Shown here piece after piece: positions 38,390 through 51,057 of a stretch of DNA of 64,000 bases. A model generated the notes under the pieces. The model was not told the origin of the DNA. It did not search any database and was given only the letters and a program-made list of their open reading frames with translations. The DNA is from Squalus acanthias (Eukaryota): positions 33,356,001 to 33,420,000 of the forward strand of contig CM059428.1 in the NCBI GenBank assembly GCA_030390025.1. The letters are read 5' to 3'. Positions within the stretch are counted from its first letter, which is position 1; every line of letters starts with the position of its first letter. The translations under genes and the position numbers were made by a program.

Positions 38390-39500
38390 AAAAACTTGAA
38401 TTTATCTAACACCTTATCATGTCCTCAGGATATCGACTTTTACAACCAATGTATTGGCCCTGAATTTCTGATCGAAGGCTTCCTGCGGGCGGATGCCTCC
38501 AATCGGAAAAAAATCTACGAACTTACCTGCTGGTACCGTGGCTTGCGATCCTGGGCCTCTCCTCTTTGAAATACGTAGAGGCTCAGGTATCCCAGGGGCG
38601 CATGTGGTTCGCAAGCGCCCCTGGGAATCACGTAGGCCAGGCGAACCAATGAAAGAAGGGAATCCCCCTTCGTCCTTTTGACAGTTCTGTACGGACAGAA
38701 CTGTCAAAAGTATGAATGGGGGATCACATTTAAATACACACTAAAACATTAAATAATTTTTTAAATTACATATTTAAAATGAATTAAAATGCCATTTAAT
38801 TAAATATTTTAAACAAAAATGTAATTTTTTGAAAAAAATAATTAAATGTTTTTATGGGGCTAAAAATAAACGTACCTTTTTTAAAGAGTATTTTTAATTT
38901 ATAAATTAGTGATCAAATTTTATTTTTCTATTTTTTAAAACTCATATGGTGGTAAAAGCAGGCCTTACGCCTGCTTTTACCAGGCGTAAGAATTTGACAG
39001 GTTCTCAGCAGGCGGAAGTTGTGCAGAAAGCGCAACTCTCCACCCGCGGAGGCACTTTTCTTGGGCATGTGGATGATGTCAAGAGAATTCTTGAGAGATC
39101 GCAAGTGCCAGGTTTCAGCGCATGCACTTCGCACTTGCGCGGCCCCTATGGGCACGTACGCACCTCGTATGCACCCGTGGGGGTCGGAAAATCCAGCCCA
39201 TTATTTTTGAAATGTAGTCACTGTTCTTAGGTAGGTAAACATGGCAGCCAATTTGCAAATAGGAAGGTTCAACATTCACTAAAGATCAGATAATCTGTTT
39301 TGGTGACTAGTAGAGAAGGAATGTTAGCCAAGACACTGGGAGAACTCCCTGCTCTTCTTTGCACAGTGCCATGGGACATTTTACATCCACCTGAACAGGC
39401 AGGCAAGACCTCAGATTAACAACTTTAACAACACAACACCCTCTCAGTACTGGAATTAACTGTCAACCGAGATTATGTGCTTAAATCTGTAATGGAGCTT
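38390..39500 (-). mobile_element. Diverged SacSINE1-like SINE interrupted by a MITE
   Basis: Tail at ~38390-38455; body resumes at 39200 (TTTTGAAATGTAGTCACTG...GAACTCCCTGCTCTTC). Confidence 0.7.
38456..39199. mobile_element. Harbinger-type MITE, family A, second copy (inverted relative to 429-1188)
   Basis: Ends GGCCCTGAATTT / AAAATCCAGCCC; TSD ATT (38453-38455, 39200-39202); same internal hairpin as the first copy. Confidence 0.85.
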
Positions 39501-40039
39501 GTCGAAAAAAAGTCACAAACAAAGAGAAATATAACAAGGAAAGTGCGTGACAGTGGAGCATTGAAAAAAGAGTTGAATACAAGCAGAAAAATGGGCTGGG
39601 GCACAAGAATTAAACACGAGGAAAGAATGAGAGACATCACTGCAGGATGACAAAAAAGGTTCCAGAGTTGTTAATCAGGAGATATTAGAAATGAACAGTG
39701 ATCAAAAGGAGGGCGACCCACTTAAATGCCTGTTTTTTTCCAGAACAAGATACACTAGGTTAAATTAGGTTACATTATTTAAACCAAAACTGGCGAGTCC
39801 GCTCCAAATGTGTGGCACACGACAAGCTTGCAAAACTAAACCATTCGATTCCCTGTGGAGGGAATAAATCACAGGCAACTTGTGAATGATCATTTGTAAA
39901 AGTGGTGCAGGTGATGCAGCAGCAAGGGATCTGGGGTGCACAGAGAATGTTCAGAACAATGGCAACCTTGACAACTAGTGGCTGAGTGACAGGTGCCACG
40001 GGACCATCCCATTAGCTGACACTCTCCACTTCCTCTCCC

Positions 40040-40678
40040 GCTGAGACACACACACACCCAATGTGACCCATGCGTAATACCTCACCAGCTCCGACTCGTT
40101 CGTTCGCTCACTCTTCTCCTCGAACCTTTCCCTCCCCTATCTCCGGCTCCAATGATCAGCCTCCACGCCGTCCCCGCCGCTGCTCCCAAGACGTCTTCGC
40201 GGATTGGACCAAAGGCTCCGCTGCTGCTGAACGCCCCCCCCCATCGCACAGCGACGGCATAGTAAGCCTCTCGCCGATTGGTTGACAAGTAAGCCAAACC
40301 AACTGTCAAGGGAGGGGGGAAGGAAATCGAAATCGGCGGCGGTTTTTCCTGCCGCTTCCGCTCGCGGTGGGTGTCACCGCCCTGTTTCTTCCCCCCCCTA
40401 CTTTTCGGCTGGTTCCGCTACCGCGGTTGCAGCCGATTGGTTCCCACCCCTGCGAGAGGGAAGGCGATTGGCGAGGCACACGCGGCCCGGACCGAGCGCC
40501 GCCGCTGTGTGAGTGATGTTGGTGCGGGGCTGAGACCCTGACCACCCCCCTCCCCTCCCCCCGGCTCGGCCCCTTCCCCACTCACTTCGGTTATTATTTA
40601 AAATATATATTTAAATATTCCAGGCCGCTGCGCTTGTGGTTTTCTTTTTAAACCCCTTCTTCCGTTTACTGCTGTAAA
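40040..40678 (+). promoter_or_regulatory. CpG-island promoter / 5' UTR of STT3B with six CCAAT boxes
   Basis: CpG-dense. CCAAT at 40058 and 40149 (+); ATTGG at 40203, 40277, 40436 and 40467. Lies immediately upstream of the ATG. Confidence 0.85.
40149..40167 (+). promoter_or_regulatory. ER stress response element (ERSE), exact consensus
   Basis: CCAAT-gatcagcct-CCACG matches CCAAT-N9-CCACG (NF-Y plus ATF6 site). Confidence 0.75.
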
Positions 40679-40845
40679 ATGGCGGAGCGTTCTGCGCTGG
40701 AGGTGAGGAGCCTGGTGTCTCACCCGGCCGGCTGGCAGTCCCTCCTCTCCTTCACTGTCCTCTTTCTAGCTTGGCTGGCTGGCTTCAGCTCCAGGTTATT
40801 CGCCGTCATCCGCTTCGAGAGCATCATCCATGAGTTTGACCCGTG
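40679..40845 (+). CDS. STT3B: STT3B (dolichyl-diphosphooligosaccharide-protein glycosyltransferase catalytic subunit), first coding exon
   Basis: Translates MAERSALEVRSLVSHPAGWQSLLSFTVLFLAWLAGFSSRLFAVIRFESIIHEFDP(W), matching the STT3B N-terminal TM1 region. Strong Kozak context AAAATGG, in-frame upstream TAA at 40649, phase-2 donor GTGAGT at 40846. Too short to appear in the ORF track. Confidence 0.96.
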
Positions 40846-40910
40846 GTGAGTAGCACGCGCGCCGCCGGAACCCCAACTCACCGACGGGAACCTCAGCTGG
40901 GGGAGAGCTG

Positions 40911-43900
40911 AGGGCATGGATGGGGGGAGGAGAGAGGGGGCATGGATGGTGTGCAGGAGAGAGGGGGCATGGATGGTGTGCAGGAGAGAGGGGGCATGGA
41001 TGGGGGGAGGAGAGAGGGGGCATGGATGGTGTGCAGGATTAAGGGGGCATGGATGGTGTGCAGGAGAGAGGGGGCATGGATGGTGTGCAGGAGAGAGGGG
41101 GCATGGATGGGGGGAGGAGAGAGGGGGCATGGATGGTGTGCAGGAGAGAGGGGGCATGGATGGTGTGCAGGAGAGAGGGGGCATGGATGGTGTGCAGGAG
41201 AGAGGGGGCATGGATGGTGTGCAGGAGAGAGGGGGCATGGATGGTGTGCAGGAGAGAGGGGGCATGGATGGTGTGCAGGATTAAGGGGGCATGGATGGTG
41301 TGCAGGAGAGAGGGGGCATGGATGGGGGGAGGAGAGAGGGGGCATGGATGGTGTGCAGGATTAAGGGGCATGGATGGTGTGCAGGAGAGAGGGGGCATGG
41401 ATGGTGTGCAGGAGAGAGGGGGCATGGATGGTGTGCAGGAGAGAGGGGGCATGGATGGTGTGCAGGAGAGAGGGGGCATGGATGGTGTGCAGGAGAGAGG
41501 GGGCATGGATGGTGTGCAGGAGAGAGGGGGCATGGATGGGGGGGAGGAGAGAGGGGGCATGGATGGTGTGCAGGAGAGAGGGGGCATGGATGGTGTGCAG
41601 GAGAGAGGGGGCATGGATGGGGGGGAGGAGAGAGGGGGGGCATGGATGGGGGGGAGGAGAGAGGGGGGGCATGGATGGGGGGGAGGAGAGAGGGGGGGCA
41701 TGGATGGGGGGGAGGAGAGAGGGGGGGCATGGATGGGGGGGAGGAGAGAGGGGGGCATGGATGGGGGGGAGGAGAGAGGGGGGGCATGGATGGGGGGGAG
41801 GAGAGAGGGGGGGCATGGATGGGGGGGAGGAGAGAGGGGGGGCATGGATGGGGGGGCATGGATGGGGGGGGAGGAGAGAGGGGGGGCATGGATGGGGGGG
41901 AGGAGAGAGGGGGCATGGATGGGGGGAGGAGTGAGGGGGGGCATGATGGGGGGAGGAGAAGGGGGGGGCATGGATGGGGGGGAGGAGTGGAGGGGGGGGC
42001 ATGGATGGGGGGGAGGAGAGAGGGGGGGCATGGATGGGGGGAGGAGAGGGGGCATGATGGGGGGGAGGAGAGAGGGGGCATGGATGGGGGGGAGGAGAGA
42101 GGGGGGGCATGGATGGGGGGGAGGAGAGAGGGGGGGGCATGGATGGGGGGGAGGAGAGAGGGGGGGCATGGATGGGGGGGGAGGAGAGAGGGGGGGCATG
42201 GATGGGGGGGCAGAGAGAGGGGGGGCATGGATGGGGGGGAGGAGAGAGGGGGGGCATGGATGGGGGGGAGGAGAGAGGGGGGGCATGGATGGGGGGGAGA
42301 GAGAGGGGGCATGGATGGGGGGAGGAGAGAGGGGGCATGGATGGTGTGCAGAGAGAGGGGCATGGATGGTGTGCAGGAGAGGGGGCATGGATGGTGTGCA
42401 GGAGAGAGGGGGCATGGATGGGGGGGGAGGAGAGAGGGGGCATGGATGGTGTGCAGGAGAGAGGGGGCATGGATGGGGGGGAGGAGAGAGGGGGGGCATG
42501 GATGGGGGGGAGGAGAGAGGGGGGGCATGGATGGGGGGGAGGAGAGAGGGGGGGCATGGATGGGGGGAGGAGAGAGGGGGGGCATGGATGGGGGGGAGGA
42601 GAGAGGGGGGGCATGGATGGGGGGGAGGAGAGAGGGGGGGCATGGATGGGGGGGAGGAGAGAGGGGGGGCATGGATGGGGGGGGAGGAGAGAGGGGGCAT
42701 GGATGGGGGGAGGAGAGAGGGGGCATGGATGGTGTGCAGGAGAGAGGGGGCATGGATGGGGGGGGAGGAGAGAGGGGGGCATGGATGGTGTGCAGGAGAG
42801 AGGGGGCATGGATGGGGGGGAGGAGAGAGGGGGGCATGGATGGTGTGCAGGAGAGAGGGGGCATGGATGGTGTGCAGGAGAGAGGGCATGGATGGGGGGA
42901 GGAGAGAGGGGGCATGGATGGTGTGCAGGAGAGAGGGGGCATGGATGGTGTGCAGGAGAGAGGGGGCATGGATGGTGTGCAGGAGAGAGGGCATGGATGG
43001 GGGGAGGAGAGAGGGGGCATGGATGGTGTGCAGGAGAGAGGGGGCATGGATGGTGTGCAGGAGAGAGGGGGCATGGATGGTGTGCAGGAGAGAGGGGGCA
43101 TGGATGGTGTGCAGGAGAGAGGGGGCATGGATGGTGTGCAGGAGAGAGGGCATGGATGGGGGGAGGAGAGAGGGGGCATGGATGGTGTGCAGGAGAGAGG
43201 GGGCATGGATGGTGTGCAGGAGAGAGGGGGCATGGATGGTGTGCAGGAGAGAGGGGGCATGGATGGTGTGCAGGAGAGAGGGGGCATGGATGGGGGGAGG
43301 AGAGGGGGGCATGGATGGTGTGCAGGAGAGAGGGGGCATGGATGGTGTGCAGGAGAGAGGGGGGCATGGATGGTGTGCAGGAGAGAGGGGGCATGGATGG
43401 TGTGCAGGAGAGAGGGGGCATGGATGGGGGGAGGAGAGAGGGGGCATGGATGGGGGGAGGAGAGAGGGGGCATGGATGGTGTGCAGGAGAGAGGGGGGGC
43501 ATGGATGGTGTGCAGGAGAGAGGGGGGGCATGGAGGAGGGGGCGGAGAGGGGGGGCATGGATGAGGGGGAGGAGAGAGGGGGCATGGATGAGGGGGAGGA
43601 GAGAGGGGGGGGGCATGGATGAGGGGGAGGAGAGGGGGGGGCATGGATGAGGGGGAGGAGAGAGGGGGGGGCATGGATGAGGGGGAGGAGAGAGGGGGGG
43701 CATGGATGAGGGGGAGGAGAGAGGGGGGGCATGGATGAGGGGGAGGAGAGAGGGGAGGCATGGATGAGGGGGAGGAGAGAGGGGGGGGCATGGATGAGGG
43801 GGAGGAGAGAGGGGGGGCATGGATGAGGGGGAGGAGAGGGGGGGCATGGATGAGGGAGGAGAGAGGGGGGGGCATGGATGAGGGAGGAGAGAGGGGGGGG

Positions 43901-46900
43901 CATGGATGAGGGGGAGGAGAGAGGGGGGGGCATGGATGAGGGGGAGGAGAGAGGGGGGGCATGGATGAGGGGGAGGAGAGGGGGGGGCATGGATGAGGGG
44001 GAGGAGAGGGGGAGCATGGATGAGGGGGAGGAGAGGGGGGCATGGATGAGGGGGAGGAGAGAGGGGGGGCATGGATGAGGGGGAGGAGAGAGGGGGGGGC
44101 ATGGATGAGGGGGAGGAGAGAGGGGGGGGCATGGATGAGGGGGAGGAGAGAGGGGGGGGCATGGATGAGGGGGAGGAGAGAGGGGGGGGCATGGATGAGG
44201 GGGAGGAGAGAGGGGGGGGCATGGATGAGGGGGAGGAGAGAGGGGGGGCATGGATGAGGGGGAGGAGAGAGGGGGGGCATGGATGAGGGGGAGGAGAGAG
44301 GGGGGGGCATGGATGAGGGGGAGGAGAGAGGGGGGGGCATGGATGAGGGGGGAGGCATGGATGAGGGGGAGGAGAGGGGGGGGCATGGATGAGGGGGAGG
44401 AGAGAGGGGGGGGCATAGATGAGGGGGAGGAGAGAGGGGGGGGCATGGATGAGGGGGAGGAGAGAGGGGGGGGCATGGATGAGGGGGAGGAGAGAGGGGG
44501 GGCATGGATGAGGGGGAGGAGAGAGGGGGGAGGAGAGGGGGGGCATGGATGAGGGGGAGGAGAGAGGGGGGCATGGATGAGGGGGAGGAGAGAGGGGGGC
44601 ATGGATGAGGGGGCGGAGAGAGGGGGGGCATGGATGAGGGGGAGGAGAGAGGGGGGCATGGACGAGGGGGAGGAGAGAGGGGTGGCATGGACGAGGGGGA
44701 GGAGAGAGGGGTGGCATGGACGAGGGGGAGGAGAGAGGGGGGGCATGGATGAGGGGGAGGAGAGAGGGGGGGCATGGATGAGGGGGAGGAGAGAGGGGGG
44801 GCATGGATGAGGGGGAGGAGAGAGGGGGGCATGGAGATGGGGGAGGGGGAGGAGAGGGGGGGATGGATGGGGGGAGGAGAGGGGGGGATGGATGGGGGGG
44901 AGGAGAGGGGGGGATGGATGGGGGAGGAAAGGGACGCGGGGAGAGAGCGGGGGGGAGGTGGCAGGAAAGGGACATGAGAGCGGGGGGGCAGGAAAGGGAC
45001 ATGGGGAGAGAGCGGGGGGGTGTCAGGAAAGGGACGCGGGGAGAGCGAGGGGCAGGAAAGGGACATGGGGAGGGGGCAGGAAAGGGACATGAGAGCGGGG
45101 GGGCAGGAAAGGGACATCGGGAGAGAGCGGGGGGGTGGTGCAGGAAAGGGACATGGGGAGAGAGCGGGGGGAGGGGGCAGGAAAGGGACATGGGGAGAGA
45201 GCGGGGGGCAGGAAAGGGACATGGGGCGAGAGCGGGGGGGGAGGGGGCAGGAAAGGGACATGGGGAGAGAGCGAGGGGCAGGAAAGGGACATGGGGAGAG
45301 AGCGAGGGGCAGGAAAGGGACATGGGGAGAGGGAGAGGGAGGGGGCAGGAAAGGGACGCGGGGAGAGAGCAGGGGGGCAGGAAAGGGATGCGGGGAGAGA
45401 GCGGGGGGGCAGGAAAGGGACATGGGGAGAGAGCGGGGGGAGGGGGCAGGAAAGGGACATGGAGCGGGGGGGGAGGGGGCAGGAAAGGGACATGGGGAGA
45501 GAGCGGGGGGAGGGGGCAGGAAAGGGACATGGAGCGGGGGGGAGGGGGCAGGAAAGGGACGCGGGGAGAGAGCGAGGGGCAGGAAAGAGACGCGGGGGGG
45601 CAGGAAAGGGACGCGGGGAGAGAGCGGGGGGGCAGGAAAGGGACGCGGGGAGAGAGCGGGGGGGCAGGAAAGGGACGCGGGGAGAGAGCGGGGGGGCAGG
45701 AAAGGGACGCGGGGAGAGAGCGGGGGGGGCAGGAAAGGGACGCGGGGAGAGAGCGGGGGGGGCAGGAAAGGGACGCGGGGAGAGTGCGGGGGGGCAGGAA
45801 AGGGACATGGGGCGAGAGCAGGGGGGCAGGAGAAGGACATGGGGCGAGAGCGGGGGAGGCAGGAAAGGGACATGGGGCGAGAGCGGGGGGCGAGAGCGGG
45901 GAGCGGGGGGGCAGGAAAGCGACATGGGGCGAGAGCGGCGGGGAGGGGGGCAGAAAAGGGACATGGGGCGAGAGAGGGGGGATGGGGCAAGAAAGGGACA
46001 TGGGGCGAGAGAGAGGGGCAAGAAAGGGACATGGGGCGAGAGAGGGGGTAGGGGGGCAAAAAAAGACATGGGGCGAGAGCGGGGGGGGAGCGGGCAGGAA
46101 AGGGACATGGGGCGAGAGCGGGGGGGAGCGGGCAGGAAAGGGACATGGGGCATGAGCGGGGGGGGCAGGAAAGGGACATGGGGCGAGAGCGGGGGGTGGA
46201 GGGGGGCAGGAGAAGGACATGGGGCGAGAGCGGGGGAGGCAGGAAAGGGACATGGGGAGAGAGCGGGGGGGGGCAGGAGAGGGACATGGGGCGAGAGCGG
46301 GGGGGAGGGGGGCAGGAAAAGGACATGGGGCGAGAGTGGGGGAGGCAGGAAAGAGACATGGGGCGAGAGCGGGGGAGGCAGGAAAGGGACATGGGGAGAG
46401 AGCGGGGGGGCAGGAGAGGGACATGGGGCGAGAGTGGGGGGCAGGAGAAGGACATGGGGCGAGAGCGGGGGAGGCAGGAAAGGGACATGGGGCGAGAGCG
46501 GGGGGCGAGAGCGGGGAGCGGGGGGGCAGGAAAGCGACATGGGGCGAGAGCGGGGGGGAGGGGGGCAGAAAAGGGACATGGGGCGAGAGAGGGGGGATGG
46601 GGCAAGAAAGGGACATGGGGCGAGAGAGAGGGGCAAGAAAGGGACATGGGGCGAGAGAGGGGGTAGGGGCGCAAAAAAAGACATGGGGCGAGAGCGGGGG
46701 GGGAGCGGGCAGGAAAGGGACATGGGGCGAGAGCGGGGGGGAGCGGGCAGGAAAGGGACATGGGGCATGAGCGGGGGGGGCAGGAAAGGGACATGGGGCG
46801 AGAGCGGGGGGTGGAGGGGGGCAGGAGAAGGACATGGGGCGAGAGCGGGGGAGGCAGGAAAGGGACATGGGGAGAGAGCGGGGGGGGGCAGGAGAGGGAC

Positions 46901-48740
46901 ATGGGGCGAGAGCGGGGGGGAGGGGGGCAGGAAAAGGACATGGGGCGAGAGTGGGGGAGGCAGGAAAGAGACATGGGGCGAGAGCGGGGGAGGCAGGAAA
47001 GGGACATGGGGAGAGAGCGGGGGGGCAGGAGAGGGACATGGGGCGAGAGTGGGGGGCGAGAGCGGGGAGCGGGGGGGCAGGAAAGCGACATGGGGCGAGA
47101 GCGGCGGGGAGGGGGGCAGAAAAGGGACATGGGGCGAGAGAGGGGGGATGGGGCAAGAAAGGACATGGGGCGAGAGGGGGGATGGGGCAAGAAAGGGACA
47201 TGGGGCAAGAAAGGGACATGGGGCGAGAGAGGGGGTAGGGGGGCAAAAAAAGGGACATGGGGCGAGAGCGGGGGGGGAGCGGGCAGGAAAGGGACATGGG
47301 GCGAGAGCGGGGGGGAGCGGGCAGGAAAGGGACATGGGGCATGAGCGGGGGGGGCAGGAAAGGGACATGGGGCGAGAGCGGGGGGGCAGGAAAGGGACAT
47401 GGAGAGAGAGTGGGGGGGCAGGAAAGGGACATGGGGAGAGAGTGGGGGGCAGGAAAGGGACATGGGGCGAGAGCGGGGGAGGGCGGCAGAAAAGGGACAT
47501 GGGGCGGGGGTGAGGGGCCGAAAAGGGACATGGGGCGAGAGCGGTGGGGGAGTGGGCATGAAAGGGACATGGGGCGAGAGCGGGGGGTGAGGGGGCAGAA
47601 AAGGGACATGGGGTGAGAGAGGGGGAGGGGGGCAGAAAAGGGACATGGGGCGAGAGGGGGGAGGCGGGCAGAAAAGGGACATGGGGCGAGAGCGGGGGGC
47701 GAGGGGGGCAGGAAAGGGACATGGGGCGGGGGAGGGGGGCAAGAAAGGGACATGGGGTGAGAGGGGAGGGGGGCAAGAAAGGGACATGGGGCGAGAGCGG
47801 AGGGGTGGCAGGAGAGGGACATTGGGCGAGAGCGGGGGGGCAGGAGAGGGACATGGGGCGAGAGTGGGGGGGGCAGGAGAGGGACATGGGGAGAGCGGGG
47901 GGAGCAGGAGAGGGACATGGGCGAGAGGGAGCAGGAGAGGGACATGGGGTGAGAGCGGGGGGGCAGGAGAGGGACATGGGACGGGGGCAGGCGAGGGACA
48001 TGGGCGAGAGGGGGGCAGGAGAGGGACATGGGGCAAGAGCGGGGGGGGCAGGAGAGGGACATGGGGCAAGAGCGGGGGGGGCAGGAGAGGGACATGGGGC
48101 GAGAGCGGGGGGGCAGGAGAGGGACATGGGGAGAGAGCGGGGGGAGCAGGAGAGGGACATGGGACGGGGGCAGGCGAGGGACATGGGCGAGAGGGGGGCA
48201 GGAGAGGGACATGGGGCGAGAGCGGGGGGGGGTACGAGAGGGACATGGGACGGGGGCAGGCGAGGGACATGGGCGAGAGGGGTGCAGGAGAGGGACATGG
48301 GGCGAGAGGGGCAGGAGAGGGACATGGGGCGAGAGCGGGGGGTCAGGCGAGGGACATGGGGTGAGAGGGACATGGGGCGAGAGCGGGGGGTCAGGCGAGG
48401 GACATGGGGCGAGAGGGGGGCAGGCGAGGGACATGGGGTAAGGGGGGGGCGGGAGAGGGACATGGGACGAGAGGGGGGGCAGGCGAGGGACATGGGGCGA
48501 GAGCGGGGGGTCAGGCGAGGGACATGGGGCGAGAGGGGGGGCAGGCGAGGGACATGTGGCGAGGGGGGGCAGGAGAGGGACATGGGGTGAGGGGGGCGGG
48601 AGAGGGACATGGGGCGGGGGCGGGAGAGGGACATGGGGCGGGGGCAGGAGAGGGACATGGGGCGGGGGCAGGAGAGGGACATGGGGCGAGGGGGGGCAGG
48701 AGAGGGACATGGGGCGAGAGTGGGGGGGGGTGCAGGAAAG
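40911..48740 (+). repeat. ~7.8 kb G/purine-rich compound minisatellite (~27-31 bp units)
   Basis: Units GGGGGCATGGATGGTGTGCAGGAGAGA, then GnCATGGATGAGGGGGAGGAGAGA, then GnCAGGAAAGGGACATGGGGCGAGAGC, decaying into purine-rich sequence to ~49900. Confidence 0.97.
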
Positions 48741-50952
48741 GAATGTGGGGGCGAGAGCTGGTGGCAGGAGAGGGGGTCATGGGAAGATCTGGAGACAGGA
48801 GAATGGGGACATGGGCAGAATCTGGAGACAGGACAGTGGAGACCTGGGGGTTCTGGAGAGTGGGGACATTCGGAGCTGGGGATAAGGGAGTAGCATGGGG
48901 GATCGAGAGGGGACATGGGATCTAGGCAAGAGAGTGAGGCATTGGGTGATTTGGAAACAGAAGAGTGGGGACGAGTGAGAGGGGACATGGGTAGGATCTA
49001 GAGACAGGAAAGTAGCACTGGGGGGGGGGGGGTGGGATTTGGAGAATGGGGGCATGCGGTGGTAGGGATGGGAGAGAGGGACTTGGGGGATCTGGAGACA
49101 GGAGAGTGGGGACTTCTGGAGCTGAGGACAGCACAGTGGGTTAGGGTGATTTGGAGACAGGATAGTAGGGACATGCGGAGCTGGGGCAGGAGAGGGGGCA
49201 TCTGGAGACGGGTAAGTTGGAACAGGACAGGAGAGTAGAGGCTGGTGACTGGGAATTTGAGTCATGGGGAATTTGTTTGCAAGGAAGCTGGGGGTTGGGT
49301 GATCTGGGGACAAGAAAGGTACCACAGGGGATGTAAAGACGAGTGTGGGGACATGGAAGGCTGGGGACCGGAGCGTAGAGGCAGGCTATAGGGAAGAGTC
49401 ATGGAGGATCCGGGCGTATGAGGTCAGGGATGGGAGATCTGGGGACAGGAGGCATAGGAGAACTGGTGCCTGGGAGGGCAGCAGATTGAGGAGAACAGGA
49501 GACTGGGGCATGCAGGGAATAGGAGATGAGGGGTGGGTGGGTGGAGGGGTTGGGGAGGCTGAGACATGGATAGAACAGGGAATTCACTCATGGTGGAGGG
49601 TGATGGGGGTTGCAGGCGGTTGGGGAATTCAGAGAACAGGACATGGCGGGGGGAGCAGGGAAGACAAGAGTGGGGGCTTGAAGTACAACAGGAGGTAAAG
49701 GAGGAACCAGGAAAGTGTGGGCATATGGGAGTAAGTAGGATAACTAAGGGTCTGGCCTGATGGGAGGCTAGAGATTGGAGATGGGGGCAAGATTAGGCAA
49801 AGGACAAGACATTGAGCATGTGACGCAGGAGACTGGGAAAGGAGTCAGGGAAGAGATGCATTGTTTAGTATGGACTGGTCATACAGAGCAGAAGATGGAG
49901 GAGATAGGCATACAGTATATTGGGAAGACTTGGGCAGGATCCTTTCCCTCTTGTACCTGATGTAAGGCTCCTGGTGTGAAACCATGTTAATGGGCAGTGT
50001 TAATAAATGAGTGGATTTGGGAAAATTTTCATTCAAGCTCTCTTGGGATCTGTGAAAATGAGCACATTTGAACATGAGCACATGATCAGGCGGATGTCAG
50101 GACGCTGACTATTCATTGGGCTCGGAGAGTACAGGAAATATGGCAGTTTAACTGCTGTGGTCTGCTGCATTTGCACAATGTTCCTCTTTTTAAAAAAAAA
50201 ATTGCCAGGATTACTTAACTATGTAAACTCAGCAGAGCAAAGATCATTATCATTATCCCTATCTCTGCTTGTGGATCACTTAACAATAGTTGGCAGCTTG
50301 ATTTGATTCAAATATAAAAATTTAGAAAAAAAATGCCTGTGAAAAATGAGAGGCGTGATTACAGTAACGTGTTAGGATTTTAAGGGTATGCGAGAGAGCT
50401 TTGTTCTGCAGAGGGCAAAGTTGGTTGATATAAATTGAGAAAACAGGCTGAGATTGATTTTGCAGTTGGTAGGTTTCCATCTGTAGCTTGTAGAACTGTT
50501 GATGGTTTGACAGTTATTGTCTTTGACCTAAGGTTTTACTTCAAAAATATGTTATTAAAATATTGCAAAAGTGTTTGTTCATGTCTTTCATATCTGACAC
50601 TTGTATAAAAGTTACATACTAGTAAGTTTAATGGTTGAGAAGAACTTGTCTCATATGTGTGTTATGGTGCTGCTATTCATATCTGACAGCAAATTATATA
50701 AAAAGATGTATACTGTTGAGCAGTGGAGCCTAATGGTTGAGAAAAAGTTGGGGCAGTATATCCATGTTTGATAGTAACATGCCCAATGACTGATTTAAGG
50801 CTCCAAATAGACACCTTGGAGAGGATCCAAGGTGTCCAAATTGAATGATTTGCTAATTATAATAGCATGAATACATGAAGGGTAATTCATTCAAATGCAT
50901 ATAGTGAGGACCATGTAATTATCAGATGTTTGCAAAACATGTTAATGACCTT

Positions 50953-51057
50953 TGGTAATAAAAACAGAAAATGCTGGAAATACTCAGCAGGGCAGGCAGC
51001 ATATGTGGAGCGAGAAACCATTAACGTTTCAGGTCAATGACCTTTCAGTCTTTTGTA
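50953..51057 (-). mobile_element. 105-bp Penelope-derived insertion truncated within the hammerhead core
   Basis: 11-bp TSD TTAATGACCTT (50942-50952, 51058-51068); minus strand reads TGAAAGGTCattGACCTGAAACGTTAA followed by the PLE tail. Confidence 0.75.

Noticed and set aside
40720-41345. Divergent or antisense protein-coding gene at the CpG island
   Set aside because: The minus-strand ORFs start in the repeat and are the antisense shadow of exon 1; no recognisable product.
40911-48740. CRISPR-like or immunoglobulin switch-like array
   Set aside because: Head-to-tail tandem units without unique spacers, no cas genes, no Ig exons, and units are not AGCT-rich.
41039-48988. Very long Pro-rich and Gly/Arg-rich ORFs (up to 2449 aa)
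   Set aside because: They are open in several frames on both strands because the minisatellite lacks stop codons; they lie inside STT3B intron 1 and show no domain structure.
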